Shown: positions 8,014-15,998 of the stretch, in pieces
Position numbering within the stretch: the stretch's first letter is position 1
Layout of the letters: each line of letters begins with the position of its first letter
Source of the DNA: Aeromonas aquatica
GTDB lineage: Bacteria; Pseudomonadota; Gammaproteobacteria; Enterobacterales; Aeromonadaceae
NCBI RefSeq assembly: GCF_000764655.1
Contig: NZ_JRGL01000101.1
Location: forward strand, 65,262-89,261
Reading direction: 5' to 3'
Length of the DNA: 24,000 nt
Program-made: the position numbers and the translations under genes
The notes under the pieces: generated by a model
Told to the model about the DNA's origin: nothing
The model's input: only the letters and a program-made list of their open reading frames with translations
The model's database searches: none

Positions 8014-10593
8014 GTGATTGCCAGCGTTCTCCCGTTATCCATGTCCTTCCCCCGTATCCATGCCTGGCGCCATCTTCGCGAATGCTGGTGGCTGCCCTTG
8101 CTTTGCTGGGGCTCCCTGACCATGGCGGATGAGACCGCACCCGGCCCGGCGGCGACCGGGGTTGATACCACCGCCACGGATGTCGAGTTTGACAGCCGGT
8201 TGCTCGACAGCCTGGGGGTGAACATCGATCTTGCCCGCTTCGCCCGCGCCGATTTCGTCCCTCTTGGCCTCTATCAACTCGAGATCACCATCAACGGCAA
8301 GGAGCGGATGAGCCAGCAAGTAGAGGTACGAGCGGGGACCGATCCCAAGGTGCCCCGATTTTGCTTCAAACCGGGCCAAGTGACGCAGTGGGGCCTGCTC
8401 GTCGACAAATTGCCCAATCAACCATCGGCAAAACAACAGCTTGAAAGTGACTGCATCGAAGTGGCTTCCCTGGTGCCAGGGGCCAGTTTCGTCTTCGATC
8501 TGGCGAGCCTCAGCGGGGCACTCAGCCTGCCACAGGCGTATGTGGGTCAGGTCAGACGCGATTATGTCGGCCCGGATCAGTGGGTACAGGGGATCGATGC
8601 GGCCTTCGTCGGCTATAACGCCAACCTCTATTACAGTGAGCAGGACGGGGTCGACGAGCCGTTCAGCAACAGCGTCAACCTCAATACCGGTATCAACCTG
8701 GGGGCCTGGCGCCTGCGTCACAATGGCTCTTATCAGGGCAATGACGGCGGCAGTTATCAGCCCCTCAACAGCTATGTCCAGCGCGATGTCACAGGGCAGA
8801 CAGCCCAGCTAAGTCTGGGGGAGTATTTCACCCCGGGGGACAGCTTCGACAGCGTGCCCTTTACCGGCGTGCAGCTGGCCAGCGACGATGCCATGCTGCC
8901 CGATTTTGAGCGGGGCTTTGCCCCCGTGGTGCGTGGCGTCGCCCAGAGCAATGCCAGAGTCAGCATTCGCCAGGGCAGTGCCCTCATCTATGAGACCCAG
9001 GTCGCCCCCGGCGCCTTTGCCATCGACGATCTCTATGCCACCAGCTTCGCCGGGGATCTGGATGTGACCATCACGGAGGCGGATGGCAGTGCCCGCAGCT
9101 TCACCCTGCCATTTTCTTCCGTGGTACAGATGCTGCGAGACGACACCTCCCGCTTCAGTCTGACCCTTGGCCGTTATCGAAACGAGTCTGGTCCCGATGG
9201 CCCGGATTTTCTGCAAGGCACCTATCGCCGCGGCTTCTCCAACACCCTGACCCTGTATGGCGGCACCATAGCCGCCGAAGATTATGCAGCCCTGCTGGGC
9301 GGCGCCGCAGTGGGCTCGGACTACGGCGCCCTGGCCCTCGACATCACCGGCTCCTGGGCGCGGGATCTGCCCGCCATGTCCGACCTGCCCTCGTCACTCT
9401 CCGGGCAGAGCTACCGCCTCACTTACAGCAAGCAGATGGATGTGACCCAGACCTACTTCACCCTGGCAGCCTACCGTTTCTCCAGCGAGGGCTACCTGGA
9501 TTTGAGCGATGTGGCCGCCGTGCAGTCGCAGACCTTCGATCAGTTGCAGCGCGAGCGCAATCGCTTCCAGCTCAACATCAACCAGCCCATAGGGGAGTGG
9601 GGGGATATCTACTTCAACGGCATCAGCCGCGACTATTGGGGTGGCCAGACCGAGAGCAGCAGTTTCCAGCTCGGATACAACCGGGGCTTTGACTGGGGCA
9701 GCCTGACGCTCTCGGCCAGCCACTCTCTCGACGACGGGGTCGGCGATCAATACATGTTGAGTCTCAGCATTCCCATCGGGAACCGGCTCGGAGCCCCACG
9801 GCTGAGCAGTACTCTCTCCTATCAGGAAGGACAGGGATACAGCGCCAGACTGGATCTCAACGGGGGGGCCCGGGATGGCCGCTTCTATTACGGGCTCTAT
9901 GGCAGTCAGAGCCGGGGCGGTGGTATGGGTTATCAGGGCTATGGTGCCAACCTGCAGTATCAGACGGCGGCCACCCAGCTCGGCCTGTCAACCAGTCAGG
10001 GAGACGGCTACTCCCAGTATGTGGCCTCGGCCAAGGGCACCCTGCTGGTGCATGAAGACGGCTGGGTGCTGGGGCAGACACAAGGTGAGACGATGGCGCT
10101 GGTGGAGGCCAAGGGCGCCCAGGGGGCCAGGGTCAGCCACGGCATCGGCAGCGAGGTGGACGGGGATGGTTACGCCGTGCTGGCCGGTCTCAACCCCTAT
10201 CGCACCAACGTGATCGGCCTGGATCCGAGCGGCTTGCCGCTGGACGTGGAGATAGACGGCAGCGCCCAGATGGTGGCCCCCCGTCGGGGAGCCATCGTCA
10301 AGCTGGCGTACGAGACCCACATCGGCCAGCCGTTGCTGCTCAAGGTGCAGCGTTCCGATGGCAGCGCTCCGCCTTTTGGTGCCGAGGTGATGGATGGTAC
10401 GGGCGATTCGGTGGCCGTGGTCGGGCAGGGGGGGCTCATCTTCGTGCGTGGCGAGCAGTCCGTACTGCATGTTCAGTGGGGCAAGGAGCCCGATCAACAG
10501 TGTCGGCTGGACTATCGGGTGCCGAAGCCTGATCCGGCCGTGCCTTATCAGCAGGTGTCCGCACGTTGTGTCACGACGGGGGGAGGATCATGA
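8014..10593 (+). CDS. fimbrial outer-membrane usher (FimD/PapC-like), 859 aa
   Basis: GTG start with GGGGAGG ribosome site; LGVNIDLARFARADFVPLGLYQLEITINGK, YLRDxT-type plug/barrel signatures (PDFERGFAPVVRGVAQSNARVSIRQGSALIYETQVAPGAFAIDDLYATSFAGDLDVTITEADGS), C-terminal CRLDYRVP. Confidence 0.95.
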   Translation: MIASVLPLSMSFPRIHAWRHLRECWWLPLLCWGSLTMADETAPGPAATGVDTTATDVEFDSRLLDSLGVNIDLARFARADFVPLGLYQLEITINGKERMSQQVEVRAGTDPKVPRFCFKPGQVTQWGLLVDKLPNQPSAKQQLESDCIEVASLVPGASFVFDLASLSGALSLPQAYVGQVRRDYVGPDQWVQGIDAAFVGYNANLYYSEQDGVDEPFSNSVNLNTGINLGAWRLRHNGSYQGNDGGSYQPLNSYVQRDVTGQTAQLSLGEYFTPGDSFDSVPFTGVQLASDDAMLPDFERGFAPVVRGVAQSNARVSIRQGSALIYETQVAPGAFAIDDLYATSFAGDLDVTITEADGSARSFTLPFSSVVQMLRDDTSRFSLTLGRYRNESGPDGPDFLQGTYRRGFSNTLTLYGGTIAAEDYAALLGGAAVGSDYGALALDITGSWARDLPAMSDLPSSLSGQSYRLTYSKQMDVTQTYFTLAAYRFSSEGYLDLSDVAAVQSQTFDQLQRERNRFQLNINQPIGEWGDIYFNGISRDYWGGQTESSSFQLGYNRGFDWGSLTLSASHSLDDGVGDQYMLSLSIPIGNRLGAPRLSSTLSYQEGQGYSARLDLNGGARDGRFYYGLYGSQSRGGGMGYQGYGANLQYQTAATQLGLSTSQGDGYSQYVASAKGTLLVHEDGWVLGQTQGETMALVEAKGAQGARVSHGIGSEVDGDGYAVLAGLNPYRTNVIGLDPSGLPLDVEIDGSAQMVAPRRGAIVKLAYETHIGQPLLLKVQRSDGSAPPFGAEVMDGTGDSVAVVGQGGLIFVRGEQSVLHVQWGKEPDQQCRLDYRVPKPDPAVPYQQVSARCVTTGGGS

Positions 10594-11318
10594 GAGGTTG
10601 CTGGTGCTGTGGTCTTGTCCTGGGTGCCTTGCTGTGGGGGCAGAACACGGAGGCCGCGCTCAACCTGCTGCGTACCCGGTTGATCTATGAGGGGGGTGGG
10701 GAGGCGAGCCTGATGGTTCACAACGGAGGGGCCGAGCCCAGCTTGTTGCAGGCCTGGGTCGATGGGGGGAACGAACACCAGGGGCCGGCCGAGGTCTCGA
10801 CCCCCTTTCTGGTGGTGCCGCCCATGATCCGGCTCGGGCCGGACAAGGGGCAGACGCTGCGTATCCTGGGGGCGGATTTGAACCAACTGCCCAAGGACAG
10901 GGAATCCCTGTTCTGGCTCAATGTGCTCGGGCTCCCCCCCAAGGCGAGCAGCTCAGAGGCCAGCGTGCAGCTCGCCTACCGTACCCGCATCAAGCTGTTT
11001 TACCGCCCGGCCGGCTTGCAGGGGGCGGTGGCGGAGGCGGTGACCCGACTTCGCTGGCAGGCACAGGCACAAGGGCTGAGCGTCAGCAACCCGAGCCCCT
11101 TTCATATCAGCCTGAGCGAAGTGCTGCTCGAGGCGGGGACAAAGAAGGTCAGCTGGCAACAGGGGGGGCTTATCCCACCCTATGGCATGCTGCAAATACC
11201 CATCCAGGTGGTCGAAACGACTGGTGGAAAGGGGAGGATGCGCTGGATAGATGATGATGGTAACTATCACGAGCAGGGGTTTGTGCTTGGCAAGCAGGGA
11301 GGCAACACCCATGACTGA
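10590..11318 (+). CDS. second periplasmic fimbrial chaperone, translationally coupled to the usher
   Basis: ATGA overlap with the usher stop; NLLRTRLIYEGGGEASLMVHNGGAEPSLLQAWVD...PFLVVPPMIRLGPDKGQTLRILGADLNQLPKDRESLFWLNVLGLPP...IKLFYRPAGL. Confidence 0.93.
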   Translation: MRGCWCCGLVLGALLWGQNTEAALNLLRTRLIYEGGGEASLMVHNGGAEPSLLQAWVDGGNEHQGPAEVSTPFLVVPPMIRLGPDKGQTLRILGADLNQLPKDRESLFWLNVLGLPPKASSSEASVQLAYRTRIKLFYRPAGLQGAVAEAVTRLRWQAQAQGLSVSNPSPFHISLSEVLLEAGTKKVSWQQGGLIPPYGMLQIPIQVVETTGGKGRMRWIDDDGNYHEQGFVLGKQGGNTHD

Positions 11319-12354
11319 ACAAACGGGGCATTATTGGCCGGGTAGGCCGATCCTCTGGGTGCTGGGAGTCTTGCTGCTGAGTTATCTGCTGTGGCAGCCC
11401 GGCGCCCATGCCGTCAATGGCCAATGCACCAGCCCCTTCGTGGCGACCGGGCCCATTACCGCCACCAGTACCCTCTATCAGCCCGGTGCGACCAGCGGTC
11501 CCACCGCCTTCTCGACTACCAGCTCGGCTACCTGTGATTGTGTCGGGATTTCGGTGGGGTTGTTGGTGACTGTCTATTATCAGGGCTCCACCAGCCTGCC
11601 TACCGTCGCGGATCCTTCGGGGACCCTCATCAAGCTCAACTCCTATTTTGGCCTCAAGGCCGAATTCAATGCGGCTGGCAGTTATCAGACGGTACCGTTC
11701 AATGCGACCTCGAGCGGGTTGCTGAGCCTCTGCATCGGTAACGTGGTGAATCTGGCGTTGGGTGGGATCAACGTGACTGGCGGCCGCTATACCCTGAAAC
11801 TGCTCAAGGGGGTGACGGGCACCCAAACCTTCAACGGTACCGTCGCCTATCTGTTCGTAAGACGTTCCAACCTGCCCGACACCAGCCCGGCCAATGCCTT
11901 CAGCACATTGGCGATGAACATCAGCGTTACTTCGACCCCGACTTGCCAGTTTCCGGCCGGTACCAGCATTCCCATCGATCTCGGGGCCGTGGCCCAGAGT
12001 GCTTTCGTCGAGGGAGAGGTACCCAGAGGCTATGCTCCGCGTAGCGTCAATGTGAGCGTCACTTGCAGCCAGATCCCGAGTGACTACGTGGTGCCGCTCA
12101 GCTATAGCTTCGGGGGGGCGCTCAGCAGCCAGAATCGTTTCATCACCACCAGTCTGGCCGGGGTCGGGGTCGGAATGCTCGAGCAGGACACCCAGACCGC
12201 TATTCCATTTGATACTGCCATCGCGGTACCCTATTTAGCCGCCACCAATAACACCAACTACAAGGTGAGGCTCTATCCGACCCGGTTGCCGGGTCAGGTG
12301 GTGCGCACCGGCGCTTACACTGGCACCATCATGGTCACGGTGAGCGTGCCCTGA
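11311..12354 (+). CDS. two-domain fimbrial tip/adhesin-like protein
   Basis: Overlaps the end of the second chaperone; signal/TM N-terminus; C-terminal pilin-like half (PTCQFPAGTSIPIDLG...VNVSVTC...YKVRLYPTRLPGQVVRTGAYTGTIMVTVSVP). Confidence 0.8.
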   Translation: MTEQTGHYWPGRPILWVLGVLLLSYLLWQPGAHAVNGQCTSPFVATGPITATSTLYQPGATSGPTAFSTTSSATCDCVGISVGLLVTVYYQGSTSLPTVADPSGTLIKLNSYFGLKAEFNAAGSYQTVPFNATSSGLLSLCIGNVVNLALGGINVTGGRYTLKLLKGVTGTQTFNGTVAYLFVRRSNLPDTSPANAFSTLAMNISVTSTPTCQFPAGTSIPIDLGAVAQSAFVEGEVPRGYAPRSVNVSVTCSQIPSDYVVPLSYSFGGALSSQNRFITTSLAGVGVGMLEQDTQTAIPFDTAIAVPYLAATNNTNYKVRLYPTRLPGQVVRTGAYTGTIMVTVSVP

Positions 12355-12388
12355 TCGCGTGCCTTCCTGCTTTTTTTCAACGAGGTCG

Positions 12389-13174
12389 ATGATGAACAGT
12401 GACAACATCCTGCGTAGCGAACCCAGGCGCCACCCCATAGGGCGAGGCTGGGCCTGGGTCCGCACGGGATTCGATATCTTCAACAAGGGCATGGGTGTCA
12501 GTGTGGCCATGATAGTGCTCTGGTTCCTGGTGGGACTGGTGCTGGAACAGTTACCGGCGGGCGGTTTCATCTCCCAGCTGCTGTACATGGTGTGGGGCGC
12601 CGGCTGGGTGGCGGTGGCGGCGCGGGGCTACGGGGGCAACGCTCTGCAATTCTCCGATTTCTTCTCCGGTTTCCGTCACCGATTGACGCCTCTGATGCTG
12701 GGCGGGCTGATGGTGCTCTGCCTGTTCACGCTGATCCTGTTGATCTGCTTTGGCCTGCTGCATCTGTGGGATCTGACCGGCTTGCTGTCTCAGGATCCGG
12801 AAACCCTGACGGTGACACCCGAGCAGGCGCAGAGATTCCTGCTCTGCCTTTTGTTGGGGCTGGCATTGCTGGTGCCCGTGCTGATGGCCATCACCTTCGC
12901 CCCCGCCCTCATCTTCTTCCACGGTGTCGGGATCTGGCAGGCAGCCAGGCTGAGTTTCAAGGGCTGCCTGAGCAACATGTGGCCCTTCCTCTGGTGGGGG
13001 CTGCTGGGAGCCGTCCTGATACTGTTCGGTGCCCTCCTGTTTCTGGTCGGTCTGCTGGTGGTGCTGCCGGCCATCAACTACTCCATCTACGCGGCCTATC
13101 GCGACATCTATCTGGAAGAGCAGGAGTGCACAGACGCGCCGCCACCAGTCAAGGCGTTCGGCTTCGAGGCGTAA
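12389..13174 (+). CDS. polytopic inner-membrane protein (BPSS1780/YciC-like family likely)
   Basis: About six hydrophobic segments; RTGFDIFNKGMG...GWVAVAARGYGGNALQFSDFFSGFRHRLTPLMLGGLM...FAPALIFFHGVGIWQAARLSFKGCLSNMWPFL. Track start at 12359 is probably too early; ATG 12389 or 12392 is preferred. Confidence 0.7.
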   Translation: MMNSDNILRSEPRRHPIGRGWAWVRTGFDIFNKGMGVSVAMIVLWFLVGLVLEQLPAGGFISQLLYMVWGAGWVAVAARGYGGNALQFSDFFSGFRHRLTPLMLGGLMVLCLFTLILLICFGLLHLWDLTGLLSQDPETLTVTPEQAQRFLLCLLLGLALLVPVLMAITFAPALIFFHGVGIWQAARLSFKGCLSNMWPFLWWGLLGAVLILFGALLFLVGLLVVLPAINYSIYAAYRDIYLEEQECTDAPPPVKAFGFEA

Positions 13175-13187
13175 GCCAGCACAGCAT

Positions 13188-13214
13188 AAAAAGGGGCCCT
13201 CGGGCCCCTTTTTA
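13188..13214. terminator. bidirectional rho-independent terminator between convergent genes
   Basis: aaaaaggggccctcgggccccttttt stem-loop with flanking A and T tracts. Confidence 0.85.
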
Positions 13215-13222
13215 TTGCGCGC

Positions 13223-14125
13223 CTATTCGGTTTGCCACAGGGGATCGTCCGCCATGCGGGCGATGAGGAAGTCGAGGAAACTGCGCAGCAGGGGGGACAT
13301 CTGCTTGCGGGTGCCGTAGACGGCATAGACACCGAGCCGCTTGGGCCGCCACTGGGTCAGCAAGGGCACCAGGGCGCCGCTCTCCAGTTCCGCCTGCACC
13401 GAGTAGCGTGGTTGCAGGCTGATCCCCGCCCCATCCAGGGTCGCCGCCAGCAGCAGGTTGGAGATGTTGGCGCTGAGGTTGCCGCTCACCGGCACGGACT
13501 CGGGCCCATCAAGCCCCTGAAATTCCCACAGGCTCTTGCCGAAATAGGTGTAGGTGAGGCAGTTGTGCAGGGCCAGATCCTGCACCCGTTGCGGCGTCCC
13601 ATGACGAGCGAGATAGGCCGGGCTGGCACAGACCACGGAGTGGCAGGTGCCGAGACGGCGCGCCACCAGATTGGGATCCAGATCGTTGGTGATGCGCACC
13701 GCGAGATCGATCCGCTCCTCCACCAGGTTGACGGTTCTGTCCAGCAGCAGGATGTCGATGGCGGTGCCGGGGTAATGGGCCAGATAGTCGTTCGCGGCCT
13801 TGACCAGCAAGGCTTCCGAGAGGGAGTAGCTGCTGGTGATGCGCAATTGCCCCTTGGGGGCCTCGTCACTGCGGATGGCGAGCTGCTCCATCTCCTCCCC
13901 CAAAACCAGCATGGATCTTGCCCGGTTCAGCGCCTCTTCCCCCGGTCCGGTGAGGCTCAGCCGGCGGGTGGTGCGGTGCAGCAGGCGGGCGCCCATCCAG
14001 CGCTCCAGCTCCGCCAGATAGCGCGACACCATGGCGCGGGACATCTCCAGCTTGTCCCCGGCACCGCTCAGACTGCCCTGCTCGACCACAGCGACAAAGA
14101 CCCGCAGTGCCGTCAGTCGATCCAT
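13223..14125 (-). CDS. LysR-family transcriptional regulator
   Basis: MDRLTALRVFVAVVEQGSLSGAGDKLEMSRAMVSRYLAELERWMGARLLHRTTRRLSLTGPGE, canonical LysR HTH, followed by a substrate-binding domain. Confidence 0.95.
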   Translation of the reverse strand: MDRLTALRVFVAVVEQGSLSGAGDKLEMSRAMVSRYLAELERWMGARLLHRTTRRLSLTGPGEEALNRARSMLVLGEEMEQLAIRSDEAPKGQLRITSSYSLSEALLVKAANDYLAHYPGTAIDILLLDRTVNLVEERIDLAVRITNDLDPNLVARRLGTCHSVVCASPAYLARHGTPQRVQDLALHNCLTYTYFGKSLWEFQGLDGPESVPVSGNLSANISNLLLAATLDGAGISLQPRYSVQAELESGALVPLLTQWRPKRLGVYAVYGTRKQMSPLLRSFLDFLIARMADDPLWQTE

Positions 14126-14248
14126 GTTCCGCCCTCCAATATGCTCGATTTGTGCAACAGTGATGCGCTCATTATGCGGTATTTGCGCTCATAAAGTTCC
14201 AATAAACTGTGTTCATTCGATGACAAGCGACCTTATGAGGAATACCCG

Positions 14249-15106
14249 ATGAACACAGCACTTCGTACCCTGACCCTGGCCATCACCCTGCTCAGTGGCG
14301 CCGCCCTGGCGGGCCCGCTGACCGTGACCGTCTACAATCCCGGCGACAAGGCCATCTTCCCCGTATCCTCCGAGCTGGTGACCGGCGACAAGGAGGCCAT
14401 CCTGATCGACGCCCAGTTCGGGGTCAATGACGGCAAGGCCCTGGTGGATCTGATCAAGCAGAGCGGCAAGAAGCTGACCACCGTCTACATCAGCGGCGGG
14501 GATCCTGACTTCTACTTCGGGCTTGAGCCCATCAAGGCCGCCTTCCCCGAGGTCAAGATCCTGGCCAGCCAGCACGTGGTCGATCACATCAAGCAGACCA
14601 AGGATGCCAAACTGGCCTACTGGGGCCCCATCCTCGCCGAGCAGGCGCCCAAACAGTTGATAGTGCCAGAGGTAATGACAGCTTCCCAGCTGACCCTGGA
14701 AGGGAAGACGATCGAGATCAAGGCGATGAACACCCCGACTGCCTACCTCTGGGTTCCCTCCATCAAGACGGCGTTTGGCGGCGTGCCGGTATACAGCGGT
14801 ACTCACGTGTGGATGGCCGACAGCCAGACCAAGGCGGCGCGAGCGCTCTGGGTGCAGACCCTCAATGAGCTGCTGGCCCTGAAACCGGAGCGGGTCGTGC
14901 CGGGTCACTTCCTCGGGGCTGAACCCAAGGGTGCCGAGGCAGTCACCTTCACCCGCGACTATGTGCAGCGCTTCGAGCAGGTGCTGGCCAAGTCCAAGGG
15001 GTCGGCCGAGCTTATCGACGGCTTGAAGCAGGCCTTCCCGGCCCTGCCGGTCGACGACGGCCTAGCCATCGGTGCCAAGGTCAATACCGGCGAGATGAAG
15101 TGGTAA
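14249..15106 (+). CDS. MBL-fold metallo-hydrolase-like secreted protein, first metal-binding motif degenerate
   Basis: Signal peptide (MNTALRTLTLAITLLSGAALA), SSELVTGDKEAILIDAQF, VYISGGDPDFYFG in the position of the HxHxDH motif, later VWMADS...ALKPERVVPGHFLG. Confidence 0.85.
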   Translation: MNTALRTLTLAITLLSGAALAGPLTVTVYNPGDKAIFPVSSELVTGDKEAILIDAQFGVNDGKALVDLIKQSGKKLTTVYISGGDPDFYFGLEPIKAAFPEVKILASQHVVDHIKQTKDAKLAYWGPILAEQAPKQLIVPEVMTASQLTLEGKTIEIKAMNTPTAYLWVPSIKTAFGGVPVYSGTHVWMADSQTKAARALWVQTLNELLALKPERVVPGHFLGAEPKGAEAVTFTRDYVQRFEQVLAKSKGSAELIDGLKQAFPALPVDDGLAIGAKVNTGEMKW

Positions 15107-15136
15107 TGGCCTGAGTCCAATTTCCTGTGTTTTTTA

Positions 15137-15162
15137 CCGGGCAGTCGCTGCCCGGTTTTTTC
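15137..15162 (+). terminator. rho-independent terminator
   Basis: accgggcag-tcg-ctgcccggttttttc just downstream of the stop at 15106. Confidence 0.85.
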
Positions 15163-15187
15163 AATTGATGGCGCCCGGAGCGAACCT

Positions 15188-15838
15188 ATGAACGAAACCA
15201 CCTTGCATTATGTGTACGACCCCCTCTGTGGCTGGTGCTATGGCGCGGCACCTCTGCTCGCGGCCGCGGCCGGGATCCCCGGCCTTGGGATCGCGCTGCA
15301 TGCCGGCGGCCTCTGGCTGGGCCCGCGTCGCCAGCCGATGGGAGAGGCGCTGCGCGACTATGTGCGACCCCACGACGAGCGGATCCAGGCCCTGACCGGC
15401 CAGCCGTTTGGGACACGCTACTTCGACGAGCTGCTGCTGAGCGAGGGCCTGTCCCTCGATTCCGAGCCGCCCATTCGCGCCATCCTGGCGATCGACGAGC
15501 TGGGGGGAGATGGCCTGACGCTGCTGCACCGCATCCAGCAGTGCCACTATCGCGATGGCCGTTGGGTGGGCTCCCTGGACAACCTGGGCGAACTCGCGGC
15601 GGAGCAGGGCATCACGAGAGGCGCGTTCGAGCTGGCCTGCCAGAGGGTGGATCTGGCCGGGCACCTAGCGGAGAGCCAGCGCTGGTTGCGCCGCCTCGGC
15701 GGTCAGGGGTTCCCGACCCTGGGGTTGATGCAAGGTGAGCGGATCACCCCGTTGCCGACCGCCTCCTTCCTCGGGGATCCGGCCGCCTTCGCCGCTCATC
15801 TCGCTCAGGCGATTGGGCAGGGGCACGCCTCGGCATGA
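15188..15838 (+). CDS. DsbA/FrnE-like thioredoxin-fold oxidoreductase
   Basis: HYVYDPLCGWCYGAAPLL N-terminal CxxC and late cis-Pro segment GGQGFPTLGLMQG. Confidence 0.88.
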   Translation: MNETTLHYVYDPLCGWCYGAAPLLAAAAGIPGLGIALHAGGLWLGPRRQPMGEALRDYVRPHDERIQALTGQPFGTRYFDELLLSEGLSLDSEPPIRAILAIDELGGDGLTLLHRIQQCHYRDGRWVGSLDNLGELAAEQGITRGAFELACQRVDLAGHLAESQRWLRRLGGQGFPTLGLMQGERITPLPTASFLGDPAAFAAHLAQAIGQGHASA

Positions 15839-15998
15839 GGGATCTGGTCTGAACAGTGCCTTTCAGAGCCATATTTGCTCATGCTTGGAGCCGTGCCGAT
15901 GATATAGGATGACGCAGCTAAAAATATCCATTTATGGATAGTCATCTTGTCGGGCGCCAATGTCCCGAATGTATCTCTTGTCGGCAAGGATCTTCACC

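Noticed and set aside
15871-15902. Possible sigma-28 promoter (GCCGATGA at 15895-15902) before the MCP gene
   Set aside because: Only the -10-like part resembles the consensus; no convincing TAAA-type -35 at the right spacing.
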